Part shown: one piece after another, positions 12,360-25,733 of the stretch | How positions within the stretch are numbered: the first letter of the stretch is position 1 | Layout of the letters: each line of letters opens with the position of its first letter | Source of the DNA: Octopus vulgaris | Lineage: Eukaryota | Reading direction: 5' to 3' | Length of the DNA: 64,000 nucleotides | Assembly: GCA_951406725.2 (NCBI GenBank) | Contig: OX597815.1 | Coordinates: 177,568,001-177,632,000, forward strand | Notes under the pieces: generated by a model | Databases searched by the model: none | The model's input: the letters and a program-made list of their open reading frames with translations, nothing else | Told to the model about the DNA's origin: nothing | Made by a program: the position numbers and the translations under genes

Positions 12360-13950
12360 GACTATGTCTGTCGTAAATTTAGTCTTCAAAAAGTATCGCT
12401 GTGCTGATAGGCAGAAATACACTTTACCAACAGTTAATGAAATTGCTATGGTCTTCAGCAATACTGACGGCGAGCCACCATTCAACAGAAATTTCAAGGT
12501 TTACCCAAGAAACAATGACGTCCCTGTGATCAGTCTAAATATTCTTAGGCCCAACCTTGACCCAATGACGTATGTATTGTTCTTTCCATATGAAGAGCCA
12601 GGCTGACAACCACGTATGATTGGTAATACAAATAGAGTAAATTCAAGGCAAAATGTTACAATGCAGAGTAGATTCTTTTTCCACGATGGCCCTAGACGTA
12701 CAGGAATGTCCTACCTGTACAATACATTGATAGCGTCTCCAAGAACGCAAAACAAGCAGGTATAGCTGCTGATATGCTCATTGATTGAAGGACAGTTCAC
12801 AGTGGAATCAACCTACCCGTCCCATTGCAAGTTAGCTCCACCTCTCACATGTGAATCCCTTCTGAATCATCTGAAAAATTAAAGCAGGCTAACCTTTTAA
12901 TTATTGATGAAGTGTCAATGTTATCATGCACTGTTCTCTGAGCCATTGATCTGCTGCTGAGGTAAATAATAAATTCGGCCAGACCATTCGGTGGAAAAAT
13001 GCTGCTACTTGGCGGTGACATCAGACAAATTGCACCTGTTATCCCAAGAGGATTCAATGCAACAGTGATTGAGTACTCAATTAAGCAATCTCCTCTCTAG
13101 CATTTCGTAGCAAAACTCGGTTTCACAGAAAATATGCGCATGGCTAGACAATATGACTTCATCTATTGGCTCTTAGAGGCTGGAAATGGAATCCTGTCCA
13201 ATAATGAAGGGCTGGAAGAAAACCTTATAGAAATTCCTCAAATATGACATCTATAAATAACATTGTTAGATAAGTTTTGTGAGGAGGAATTATTACTAGA
13301 CAATGATGTGGCAGTAGAAAGGATGTCATCGACAATCATTTTGACTCCTAAAAACAAAGACTCTCTTCACATAAACACTGACATAATGTCATTATTACTT
13401 GGTGAGGCAACAATCTGCAGAAGCGATATCACCATTGTTGAAGGAAATAACTAAGGTGTTATACATTATCCAGTAGGGTTTTTAAATTCAATGACGCTAT
13501 CTAGAATGCCACCTCATATACTGACCTTAAAGAAGCATTCGATAGTCATGTTACTCAGTTGGGCCTGGATCTTAGTGCTGTCCATCAAGGGTTTTTTTTC
13601 ATTCATGGAAAAATAGTTAGTGTGAGTCAGAAAGGAGAGACAAACTTTATTCCACGCTTCCGCCTCTGTCCCAGTGACACAACCCTTCCGTTTAGTATAA
13701 ACAGAAGAAAGCTTCCTGTTATCCTAGCATTTGTAATAATCATAAACAATTCACAGTAGCAGAGCTTCGATAATTTTGGCATCATCCTAACATCACCAGT
13801 ATTCAGCCATTAGACAACTTTGTTTTGCATTGAGTAGAAGTAGAAGCAGTAATGATATTTAAAAAGGTGGTAAAGAAACATTCAAAACAAGGCGAACTCA
13901 TTGGTGGTAGGGTTTCACTAAAAACGTGGTGATGAAACAGTTATTAAGAT
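12360..13950 (+). pseudogene. Decayed, internally deleted Helitron Rep-helicase (Pif1-type)
   Basis: PTVNEIAMVF...DPMTYVLFFP (Rep-associated), then helicase motifs LIIDEVSM, PFGGKMLLLGGDIRQIAPV, ILTPKN, MPPHILTLK, LPVILAFVIIINNSQ, LSRSRS; many stops. Confidence 0.9.
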
Positions 13951-14037
13951 AAAAGTTGTAATAATCTTTACATTTAATCTTCCCTATACTTTTCGGCATG
14001 GGTACATTAGTATATATATATATATACATATAGTTAA

Positions 14038-14240
14038 TCCAAACATGAAAACACGAAGAGAAAACAACGTGAGGACGTGGAACAAGTATAGTGTTATTGG
14101 ACGCTCAGAGAGGGAAAGAAAGAAGGAGGATTTAACGTTTCGAGCGGAGCTCTTCGTCAGAAACATAACATAGGAAAAGGAAAGATCCAAGGAAGGGAAG
14201 ACGGAGAAAGAAAATCGCCAACGTTACACACACGGTCACT
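14038..14240 (-). mobile_element. Short PLE-terminus-like repeat with intact minimal type I hammerhead (copy 2)
   Basis: Minus strand 14130-14164 reads GTTT-CTGACGA-A-GAGC-TCC-GCTC-GAAA-CGTT-AAAT; palindromic ACGT stem III. Confidence 0.7.
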
Positions 14241-14269
14241 GTGTGTGTGTGTACATATATACACATTTA

Positions 14270-14560
14270 TCTAAAATAATTTCTATCCATTACCCAACAT
14301 TTAGGGATAGAAATAAACGGAATATTACCGGTCTCAGCAAACTGATTTGGGATTTAAAAGACCACAATGAACAATTTCATTTAGAATGGTTGATTCTCTC
14401 AATTTCGATACCATATGACAAGGGCAAGAAATTCTGTCTTCTCTGCAATTCTGAGCTATTTTTCATTATTTTTTCTAAAAATACTCTAGTAAACACGGTT
14501 ATAGAGCGAGCATCCAGATGTAAGCATTGGCAAAAACATACATTTAATGCATATAAGTAG
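14270..14560 (+). pseudogene. Penelope-like GIY-YIG endonuclease C-terminal fragment
   Basis: TGLSKLIWDLKD...WLIL...PY..G...CLLC..E...N.......C.H pattern characteristic of PLE ORF ends. Confidence 0.8.
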
Positions 14561-14760
14561 TTTCTATCATTATATATAATTTAAACTTTAATTTCCTTTA
14601 TATTTAACATTCACTATTAATATCCCTACTGTTTCTGTTAGCTACTTATGACGTTATATCATATAATGTTTGTTAAACAATATTAATAGCGTTCCGTCTA
14701 TCGCTACACAAATCCATCATTTTTTGCTAAAATGTCTTATTGACGAGTTTCGTTTTTTTC

Positions 14761-14846
14761 ACTTTCCTGAGGAGAAGATTACTTTGTTTATACCATTTAT
14801 TCTTTTGAATAGTTTCAGTGGAATTTTCGAAACATGTGTCGAAAGT
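14761..14846 (+). ncRNA. Type I hammerhead ribozyme in PLE 3' region
   Basis: ACTTTC-CTGAGGA-GAAGATT...AATTTTC-GAAA-CATGTG-TC-GAAAGT; 6-bp stem I; predicted GUC cleavage after 14840. Confidence 0.8.
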
Positions 14847-14885
14847 AAAAATATTTGATTACATCTGCGTTAACTCCATTTTTTA

Positions 14886-14959
<74 letters not shown>

Positions 14960-16179
14960 CGAGAAAAGAAATAAATGTGTAAACACTACTATTAATGCTT
15001 TTCTTGTATATCCCTTCCTGACAACATATATTAACTGGGAAATGGAACCATGGAATTGCAAAGTCGACTGCTGATAGGGGTACAACTTATCTTCGTTCAT
15101 GGCCGCATGTGAATATGCATGTGTTTTCAGTGTGCTTACAGTATAGCAATTATAGTTTGTTACGGGTTGCTCACTATTTCCTCCAATTTCACAACTCTTC
15201 AAAGGTTACAAAATGGACGTTTTTATTAACATTGCCTACGTACGCTCAACTGCTGTCGTATCTTGATTGTTGAGAAAAATAATGTGCTGCATTTATGTGT
15301 TAGAAATATTCATATTATATTGAACTTTATGCAGAAACGTTATGCCAGTGTGAATACTCATATATATATAACAAGTCACATACATACGTATGATATTTGG
15401 GAATATATTCATTTAATTTATATAATTTTTAATCTCACATATATACTAACTTCATAAATATATTCTTTATCTTCACTTCATAATTCTGTATTTGTTTAAA
15501 CAAATTAATCTTCATGGCAGTATGTATTATTTTCCGCTTTTACTTTGTTATTCAGTATTTTGTTTTTTTCTTTCACTTCGTGCCTGCTTACATAGTTTCC
15601 TATAAATATTATGATTAAACTTTTTAATGATTTAATTGTATGCATAGTTCTATATTACATTTAATCATATTTTTAGAGTACAAACTAATATGCTGGCTAA
15701 TTTAATTAGGCCTGTATATTTATTTTTATTGATTTCTATTCATTTTAATTACTTTAATTATATGAATCTATTATGAATCTATTCGGGAATAGTTATTTAT
15801 CACCCAGATTCTTCAAATTAGTTTTATGGTTTAGTAAGTTTTGTTTTACTGTTTTATACACATATTATAGCCGCCCATTTGAATTAATTTAATTCGGATT
15901 TTCCATTAACTTAACTTTGTACTTAGCAATAATAATGCGCAAACTTAAGTCGATTATAAGTAAACTAACTTTACTTCGGTTCAGCTTTGCTTTCGATTAA
16001 ATATAATGTTCTAACATCGGTTCCGGATCGATTAAATCAACCGCAGCGTTTCACTGCTAATACATTATTAAATGTATTAATAATGCAATTAAAATCGTTG
16101 TTCATCCCGGCATGATTTGTATCCGTAAAAAAAAAAAACACCCGAAAAAAAAAAAACTTGCAATTCCATTTGATTGATA

Positions 16180-16376
16180 TTCTTTTCTGCTCTGGGCACA
16201 AGGCCCGAATTTTTTGCGAAGTGGGCGAGGACTCGGTTAGATGACCCCAGTACGCAGCTGGTACTTAATTTATCGACCCCGAAAGGATGAATGGCAGAGT
16301 CGATCTCGGCGGAATTTGAACTCAGAACGTAAAGACGGACGAAATACCGCTACGAATTTCGTCCGGCGTGCTAACT
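16180..16376 (-). mobile_element. tRNA-derived SINE, family A
   Basis: Reverse complement of gttctgagttcaaattccgccgag...cctttcggggtcgat. Confidence 0.8.
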
Positions 16377-16597
16377 CTTCTTATTTCTTTACTATTTTAG
16401 TAGCAGGTTCCATAATAAGAAACCAACCTATCTTCTGCTTTCCAAACATGTATACTGTATTGCTGTTGCCGCTCTGTCTATCCCGCATTTCCATAACGGT
16501 GATTTGTGTCTTCTTTTTGTTTTTTTTAGAAATAAACAGATATTTTCGATTGTTTTCCTTGAAGAGCTTGGGCTGAGCCACAGCACAGCTGTTGATT

Positions 16598-16830
16598 CCT
16601 TTATTCTTTTACTCGTTTACTTGTTTCAGTCATTTTGACTGCGCCATGCTGGAGTACCACCTTAAAGGGTTTTAGTAAATGAAATCGAACCCAGGACTTA
16701 TCCTTTGTAAGCCTAGTAATTATTGTTGTATCGGGTACTTCTGCTGAACCGCTAAGTTATGGGGACATAAGCACACGAGCATCGGTTTTCAAGCGGTGGC
16801 AGGGAAGGACAAGCACAAGCACATATACAC
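16598..16830 (-). mobile_element. SINE family B, 3' half
   Basis: Reverse-complement tail ttacttgtttcagtcattt...ccatgctggag. Confidence 0.75.
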
Positions 16831-18193
16831 ACGCAAATACACACACACATACACACACACATTTTTTTTCTAGTTTCAGCTCAGAGCTGCGACCATGCGG
16901 CCATGCTGATGCACCGCCGTTATATATATATATATATATATATGTTCATTCCAGTTCTTAAAAGTGCTATGCAGATGTTATATTTGTGGGAGTTCTGAAA
17001 ACCAGTTGAAGAATAATAGAAAATATTTTGGGGAGAGTAATTATATATCATAACAAAAGTTTCGAAAAAATATATTCTTAAATACGCATATTTCATTTAT
17101 TAATAGACGATACAACATTTTACATTTATTAGACACATGTAAGATATCCCCTCTCGGAAATTCTTCTGAGAATCAAATATCATTTGCATAGTATTATTTG
17201 ATTCTGTGTCTGAAGAATTTAAAAAATTTCTTACGAGAAACTATTAGAAGGAAATGAAACACATGTGATGGAGAATAGATAATACCAAAGTATGATTTTC
17301 CAATCTCCTATTCACACACGCACGCACACACACGCGCGCGCGCGCACACACACACACACACAAGTTGTACATTGAACGTAATAATGGTAATAATATAGAT
17401 ATTTGCTTATGTATGTATAGCCAGAACAGAGAAACACACAGAGACATATATACTAATCTTGTAATAAAATGGATGATCACTACAAATCTAATTTTTCAGC
17501 AAAAACAGAGAATGGAAGATATTGCCAGAACATGACGGGAAAAAATTTCAAATACCGACCCATTTCTTTTTTCTATACATTGAAAATTGTCCTTGTTCGT
17601 TTGCGTCACTTTTCATATCAGAAAATAATTTTCTATCATTCTTACGTAATTGCATTTGTTTGAAGAAAATGAAAATGTAATTACTGAAATATATAAACAA
17701 TAAGATTCATGCCTTCCAGTTTATTTTATATTTTTTTCTGTTAATGTATATTCCGAAAAATTAAGTTTAATTTGTACTTTGTGTTATTTGACAAATTTCA
17801 AACAGAATTATTCTTGACAATATATGATTTGAAATTTTTTGAACGAAATGGTAATGTTTCTAGATAAATTCATTTAAATATAACATAAAAATATTCCGTA
17901 ACTTTTATAATGAGAGCATAAGTAAATTTAAAAACAGACGTTAACGAAATTTTTTGTTGAAAGAATTCAGAACCTATTTAGCATACTTTCAAATGTATTT
18001 GTGTGAAGTATTTTCGCGTGTTTAAATAAATACACACCTATACATGCAAACATATTGTCAGGTGCGTGCTTGATTTTTAAACCACAAAGGCAAAAATGCG
18101 AGAGTCATGAGGACTTGATTCAAACTTTATAAATATCTTACACATTTTAATCATTTGCATCAATAAGTTTCTAATATCGTTAAACTTACACAG

Positions 18194-18346
18194 ACTTAGC
18201 GGTTCGGCAAAAGAGACCGATAGAATAAGTACTAGGCTTAGAAAGAATAAGTCCTGCGGGTCGATTTCCTCGACTAAAGGCGGTGCTCCAGTATGGCTGC
18301 GGTCAAAATGACTGAAACAAGTAAAAGAATAAAAAGAGTAAAAGAG
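18194..18346 (+). mobile_element. SINE family B, 3' half
   Basis: cttagcggttcggcaaaagagaccgatagaataagtact...gactgaaacaagtaaaag. Confidence 0.8.
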
Positions 18347-18898
18347 AGAGACTGTAAATTTATGTGAAAGATGAAGCAAGCCATCTTTTGGCTATCATTT
18401 ATATAGATTTCATTAAATATATGTTTGTTTCGAGGAATGAAAATCGATACATTCATGAATGCTCAACATATATTGTGAAATTGCACATTTTGTTGGAAAT
18501 AGGAATTAAATATTTACCTTTGGCGGGGAAACTATAAACAATTTAGATTTGTTAGATGTTTTGAGAGCTGAGTTCCTTTTAAAAGGGTTAATGTTCGAGT
18601 ATTTAGCGATTTATTTGCATTAAAAAACTGCCATTGATAATGCTTAATTCCACTCAGCCCTGATAAAATGGATCTGTGATCCATCAAAGATCAAGGTATG
18701 AACACCACGAAGTTTTGTTTGCACTGCTTCTACTCTCCCCTTTCTCACAACTCCCTGCATTAGATATGTCCGCTTATACTGTCAATTTGATCAGATTTGA
18801 ACTTTCTAGTTACTTATGTCTATGAGAGTTGATTATAACATACCCATAATCAAATACAAATATTTGTGTATATTTGCATGTGTGCACATAGTCAAATA

Positions 18899-20119
18899 CG
18901 AGGGACGTTCAATAAGTAATGCCCCTGACCCACTTGCAGTTGTTTGATCTAGCTGAAATTCTGCATGTGCAATTATTTATATCACTATAGATTAACTGGA
19001 AAATTACAGCTCTGAACTAATTGTGGTTTCTGATTTACAGGTGTTCGAACTGAGTCAAGTGTGAAATGGAGCCTGTTGAGTGTCGAGCAGTGATGCGGTT
19101 TTTGTATTTGAAAGGACGCACAGCACGGGTGACTTTTGATGAAATGAAAGTAACTTATGGTGAGGATGCCCCATCATATGACCTTGTAAAACGCTGGCAT
19201 CGTGAATTCAAACATGGTCGGAACTCTATGGAAATAGCCCCCAGATATGGTCGCCCCCCTTCTGCCATTCATGAGGCATCTATCCGTCAAGTTGAGGATG
19301 CCATTTTGGAAGATCGACGCATAACAATTCACCAAATAGCCCATGAGGTCAAGATTAGTACTGGGTCTGTAGAAACTATCATTCATGACCATTTGCATAT
19401 GCAAAAGGCGTCTGCCAGATGGATTCCCAGGTTGCTCATACCTTTCCAGAAGCAAGAACGCGTCGATTGCTCGAGGATGAATTTGGAGATGTGCCAAGAA
19501 GATGAGTCAAAATTTTTCAAAAGACTGATTACACAGGATGAAACCTGGGTCCATCACTATGATCCAGAGACCAAAGCCCAGTCAATGCAGTGGAAACACC
19601 GTGACTCACCTCCTCCAAAGAAGGACAGAGTAGTGATGACAGATTTCCTGGCAAAGGGTACCACAATTACAGGAGCCTATTATGCTTCACTTTTGAGGAA
19701 ATTAAGAGACGCTATCAAAATCAAGAGGCGGGGCAAGATCAGCAAAGACAACGCGACGGTCCACAACTCGCGTGTCGCCAGATCAGAAGCACAGGCGTGC
19801 GGCTATGAACTCCTCCCCCATCCCCCCTACTCTCCTGACCTTGCACCCTCTGATTTTCACCTCTTTCCATCCATGAAGTTGTTTTTGAAAGGAAAGCGTT
19901 TCCCAGATTGTGCAGCCTTGATTTCTGAAGTCACGTCGTGGTTGGAGGACCAAGCTGGGGTCTTCTACAAAAACGGTCTCCAGAGCTGCACCAAATGAAG
20001 GGAGAAATGCGTAACTCTGAGTGATTCCTATGTAGAAAAAGACTAATAACTGTGCCAAGTTTCGTTGCTCTACTGCTATGGGAAGTGGGTCAGGGGCATT
20101 ACTTATTGAACGCCCCTCG
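18899..20119 (+). mobile_element. mariner DNA transposon with both TIRs and TA target duplication
   Basis: TIR cgagggacgttcaataagtaatgcccctgacccact / agtgggtcaggggcattacttattgaacgcccctcg; TA at 18897-18898 and 20120-20121. Confidence 0.95.
19066..19998 (+). CDS. mariner transposase (DD34D) with internal deletions and premature C-terminal stop; probably inactive
   Basis: WIPRLL, TQDETW, DNA and YSPDLAPSDF motifs; the VFWD segment is missing; the original C-terminus (EKCV...YVEKD) continues out of frame. Confidence 0.85.
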   Translation: MEPVECRAVMRFLYLKGRTARVTFDEMKVTYGEDAPSYDLVKRWHREFKHGRNSMEIAPRYGRPPSAIHEASIRQVEDAILEDRRITIHQIAHEVKISTGSVETIIHDHLHMQKASARWIPRLLIPFQKQERVDCSRMNLEMCQEDESKFFKRLITQDETWVHHYDPETKAQSMQWKHRDSPPPKKDRVVMTDFLAKGTTITGAYYASLLRKLRDAIKIKRRGKISKDNATVHNSRVARSEAQACGYELLPHPPYSPDLAPSDFHLFPSMKLFLKGKRFPDCAALISEVTSWLEDQAGVFYKNGLQSCTK

Positions 20120-20425
20120 TATGTGTATGTATCTGTGCACAACTTATTTTTTTCCGATTATTTTCTGATTCTTAGCTTATAATTAATATAAAGATAGCAT
20201 GATTTATCGCCCCAGTATTCCATAAGTAATTACCCAGAGCAATCTTTATAGAAACCACCTAATTAAGCAAATAATTAAGTAGAGGAATGAATATTAAACT
20301 AATTCTAAGTAATCTTCCCTTTCTAATGTTAAAAATTGGTATATATACACAGTTTACCTCTTCTGGCAAATCGACCCTGGCGGAATTTGAACTGAGAACG
20401 TAAAGACAGACGAAATACTACTAAG

Positions 20426-20463
<38 letters not shown>

Positions 20464-21018
20464 AACAGACATACACATGTATATACACGTGAACACGGAC
20501 ACACATGAATACACACACAGATACACACACACATCGAAGCAATCCAGTGAAGCTACAAAAAGAAGATCGTCTTAATCTCACATGTCTGCTACAGGGAGAG
20601 ATTGAAAAAGTTCAGGATCTACTCCCTAGAATGAAGGAGGAAAAGATATGCAGTGATATACTGCTAGAAATTTCTGGAGGAACTAGTACCAAACCATGTC
20701 GTTGTAAGTTACACTGACAGCAGAACGGGGCGCCAAGGCATAGTCCCAAAGCTAACGGCGGTTTCCTAGCATTGTCGTAGCTCTCGCGCTAGTAGAGAAA
20801 AGATAGAAATATATATTACAATATATGCCATGTGCTTTATAGCAGGATTGGAGCATTTTAGCTCTTATTTCTAGCAATGTATGCGTCTTGACACCCTTAG
20901 TCACGTTTAGTTAACAACTCAAATCTCCTCTGTATGTTTTTGTATGTGTGTGTGTCAATGTGTGTGTGTGTGTCCGTGTATGTATTCGTGTGTGTGTGTG
21001 TGTGTGTCCGTGTATGTA

Positions 21019-21052
<34 letters not shown>

Positions 21053-21069
21053 TGCTTACGTGTATGTGT

Positions 21070-21236
21070 ATGCTTAGTAGTATTCCGTTCGTCTGTACGT
21101 TCTCAGTTCAAACTGCTCTGAAATCGACTTTGCTTTCATTCTTTTGGGGTCGATAATAGAAATGTACCAATTGATTACTGGGATCGAACTACTCCTCCTT
21201 CCAAATTGTTGGCCTTGTGCCAAAATTTGAAACCAG
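21070..21236 (+). mobile_element. SINE family A, truncated, alternative tail
   Basis: gttctcagttcaaa...gactttgctttcattcttttggggtcgat. Confidence 0.7.
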
Positions 21237-21266
21237 TATTGTAGAGTAACCAATATGACAAACCGA

Positions 21267-21497
21267 GGCGGCGAGCTGGCAGAATCGTTAACACGCCGGG
21301 CGTAATGCTTAGCGGCATTTCGTTTGCTGTTACGCTGTGAGTTCAAATTCCGCTGAGGTTGACTTTGCCTTTCATCTTTTTGGGGTCGATTAAATGAGTA
21401 CCAGTTACGCACTAGGATTAATGTAACCGACTTAATCCCTTTGTCTGTCCTTGTTTGTCCCCTCTATGTTTAGCTCCTTCTGGGCAATGAAGAAATA
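21267..21497 (+). mobile_element. SINE family A, full length
   Basis: ggcggcgagctggcagaatcgtta head through agaaata tail. Confidence 0.9.
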
Positions 21498-22511
21498 AAT
21501 ACGACAAACTGAATCAGAATATTACCAAAAACTTAAATGCGAAGGCGACCAAGGCAGAGAAAATAAAGCAAGATTTTCATTATTTAAAGTGTATTGGCTT
21601 ACATATTTGTGTAGAATGAAATATAACAGAAAGTGAAATATATCTAAGCAAATTTTATCCATAAATTGATAGCCGGTAAACATCTTCATAAATATTCTCA
21701 AAATATTTATGAAGCTCGAAGAAAACATGTTGTGATCGCTTATTTTTAATGAGGATAATTGAATAGAGGTAGAAGGGCTCGTGAGAGAGACAGGGATAGA
21801 AAAAGAAATACAGTGTACATCTCGGCAATGAAAGTAAATCAAAGAGTGTGTAAGAGAAAAAACGCATGGTAACATGAGTCATATTAAACTATGGTCCTCG
21901 ATCTCTGGCCAGAATGGTGTCGCATCACATATCATTTAGTGTTTCAGGTGCCAATGTAATCACGAGATAACTGTGAACTGCACCGCTGACTGACGTCGGA
22001 AACGTAGTTTTGAAACTTTTTACATGGTCACCCCATGCACTTAAATTGCTTGAATCGTTTACAATACAGAAAAAGAAATAAAATTAGGAAAATCTTTCGT
22101 ATACATATATCTTGCATTTCTCTCTCACTCAATGCTTCCCCTGTTTATTCACACCTTTAATCTCAGAACGACTCACTAAAACACACACAAACTACACTCC
22201 TGCATTCATAACAACAGAGACAGTAATCTATATAAGTAGAAGATAAGTCGCATATCATACCATAAACGTTGAAAGTGCTAAAATATGATGTGATGTATTG
22301 AAATTGGCATATTTCCGTTCAGGTAACTCTCTTTCTCCTGTTAAATCAGCTCGTAGATATTTATATTTTATAGAGCTTTAGTAACGATTTGCGGCCAAAA
22401 TGTTTCCGCCAAGGAATCGCCTAATCGAGAGCATTTCCGAGAGAAAGCTAAACTCGGAAGTCAATGTATTACAACGGAAAAAATATACGTAAGCACATAC
22501 ATATATGTATC

Positions 22512-22512
<1 letters not shown>

Positions 22513-22569
<57 letters not shown>

Positions 22570-22728
22570 TGTGTGTGTGTGTGTGTGTATGTGTGTATAT
22601 ATATATATATGCATATATATACATATATATACATTTATATATACATATATATAAACATATACATAAATGTACATATATATATATATATATATATATAAAT
22701 ATATATATAAATATATATATATATATAA

Positions 22729-22778
<50 letters not shown>

Positions 22779-22816
22779 GCACGTATATATATATGTATGT
22801 GTATATATATACATAT
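22513..22816. repeat. Compound (TA)n/(TG)n microsatellite, representative of dozens in the window
   Basis: Direct inspection; similar tracts at e.g. 10896-11037, 26600-26960, 32930-33050, 42420-42640, 45805-45915, 53530-53670 and 55390-55700. Confidence 0.95.
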
Positions 22817-25227
22817 ACCGCCCAATTACTTCACCTCAGTTGGCCACACTCTCTTTGACATTACACCAAAACACATTAAAGCCAATACAGACCACATAAA
22901 ATGTTCAAGAAATCGTTGTGCAAATTCCTTCAAAATATCCCGGATAAACCACTTAAACCTGAATATATTTCCATAAGCAATTACACTTTCATCGAGTGAA
23001 CCATGTTGTCCTATTCCTGATGTGAATAACTTTGCTAGCTGGCCGAAGCCTGTCAGATTATGAAAGTATCAATGCAAAATACAACAACCCGGGGACGTGA
23101 TAATATGCAAAGTATATATATATATATATATATATATAGTTGGAATTTACAAAAAGACAAAAGACGAAGACATGTCTGTGAACAACAAACAGGTGTATTA
23201 GTTTAACGCTCGGGAAGGCCACAAAGTCTTTTACATTTCCATCCATTCAAAAAGAACAAAAGAATATATATATATATATGTATAAATGTGAAATATGAAG
23301 GTCATTAATTACAATATTTTCTACGTGATGTAAACATTATTGTGCCAAACTTTAGGTAGGGTAGAAATAAATTGCGTTACGTGTGAGTTTCTTGAAGATA
23401 TAAAAAGTAACATATAATTATTAATCTAAACTAAATAATCACAGACAAATTATTACATTTGAATATTTCTTTTGAATTTTGAAAAGCATAGTACCAAAAT
23501 CCTTCTTAGTTTAGTTATGTATCAGAGGATCTTTGTCCGAAATCTTGTGAGTCTCCCAATAAAAGCATCTGTGTCATCATATACGTTTGCACAGTATAAT
23601 GTTTCTAGCACTGATGATTGTGAAATAAAGTCAAACCCACAGTTACATGATCAAGACACACTGTTATTATTTCTGCAGTGACATTCTTCTTTAGAAGGAG
23701 CAAACGTTATTGATTAAAATGTGTTCTGCACATTCGGTTGGTCTTTTATTTCTGTTTATCTGTTCATCAGTTAATACTTTCTTCAGGGTGGAAAGATACT
23801 AGAGAAATTGAATGAGACAACTTGCGTACAACTTAGACATAATGTTTAATCAATGCAGCAGAACTTTAGTTTCCTTCAAAGTTCATGTTTTCATTCTACG
23901 GTACAAAATTTTGCTGTGTTATTGCAAGTGAAGGAGAGGTTGTTTGGAAAGAGGAAATGATATTATAATTCCGATTTTAAATAACACTTCATATATTTTC
24001 TGTACAACGTGAGCGTATTTTGTCAATATCCAAATATTAATTCTCGTACTGTTATTATTCCTCTAGAGTTGAGTTATGTAGGGCGTACGACGGTTGGAAC
24101 ACTTCTCTTCATATCATATTTTCTAACAAAATAATTCAAGAGAGCTAATTTATTTTATTGCTAAATGGTGCAGCTTAATTTCATTTTCATCTGACCTTAC
24201 TTACATCCATCTAGAGTGACTTCCATTAACCCACTTCATTATGAAGAGCACTTCACTTATCCCCTGAAATGATCCTCTTCTTTCAGAATGATGTCAGTTG
24301 GATACAGGTGAGTACTATTTGTCTTATCGCGTTCATTTAAATACTTTAAGAATAAAACTGGAGTATATCTTAATACAGTTCAATTTTCACAGTATTTAAA
24401 TTGTGATTATTCTGTTCGTATCGCTTATTTGCTTATACATACCATTATACCTAATGAATTCGGCAAATAAAGCTGTGCTACATCTACAGCTTTTAGATAC
24501 AAAATATAGTAGAATATTTTATAGTCAGCTGCAATATAGAACAGAGAACTGTACTATTGCAGTATCATCTGAAGATATATGCGTGTTGAATGATTGTAAC
24601 CGAAGTCGTGCATTTCCTGATCTGCCTGCTTTCTTAAAAAAACTAGAATTACATTGTGAATGTTAGTCTTTAAGCCTCTATAGTAAGATATTTGACAAGT
24701 AATTTCTATTGTTTCATTCAGCGAGTGCCTACACGACGGTTGCTTCACGTCTGTATTTCCATGTATCTCAAAGATATACAAACAATGATAATTTTTAAAA
24801 TGCTTGTGTTTTGGTTAGTATTTTATGGAGCGGCTGGATATTGTTTCGTGCTGTAACATTGGGGAAGAAATGAGGAGACATATAACAAGGTCGAAACAAT
24901 GTTGTGTCCCGGAGACGACCGACAGAGATGAACGGGTGAACGAAAAGTGTCAAATGTTATGAAAATACATAAACTAAAAGGTAGTGATGTCGTCCGTTGG
25001 TCAAAACAACAGCCATCAAATGTTCACCATGGTATCTGCCCGAGTGTATTAAGAATTATTCAGAATATATTTTAAAATTTTACACATGTAAATAATGTTT
25101 TTTCTTCGGATTTATGAGTACAAGGAGAAGTCTGATTTCTAGGTTTTTAAAGATCGAATTATATGGATGGTGGTAAAATAAAGTTTATGACTCTTCTTCG
25201 TCTGACAGAACGAAGTCGAAGGTGTTA

Positions 25228-25374
25228 TTCATTTCTTTATTACCCACAGGGAGTTAAACATAGAGGCGACAAACAAGGACAGAGGAATTAAGTCGATTAA
25301 AACGACCCCAGTGCGTTATTGGTGCTTATTTAATCGACCTCGAAGGGATGAAAGTCAAAGTCGACCTCGACGGA
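25228..25374 (-). mobile_element. SINE family A, 3' part
   Basis: Reverse complement of the family A tail and core. Confidence 0.75.
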
Positions 25375-25733
25375 AAAAGCAAATGTGATATTACCAGTTT
25401 AATGTGGGATAAGAAAATAATAAAGGAATCTAAGAGAAGGAGAAGTTGTTTGGAAAGAAGAAATGGTGGGGAATTGTAAGTTATGGTTGGTTTGAAAAGC
25501 CGACATTTGTAAAGTAAGGTAATGAGCGGAGCTGCAGTAAATGAAAGCATGGAGGGGAGAATTTCATGTGGGGCAGATAAAAGAGTATATTTCAGTAAGT
25601 GATCAGTGACGTGTATAGGAAAGTAAAAGGAAAATATTCATAAGGATATTGAAAATATTTGTAAATTTGCGGTAAAATATTATGTTGCTTAAAATTTCCT
25701 AGAAATGGAGTAAAATAAATAACGTAATAATTA

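Noticed and set aside
22378-22976. Long YI/CV/HT-rich ORFs here and throughout the window
   Set aside because: Stop-free translations of dinucleotide and tetranucleotide microsatellites
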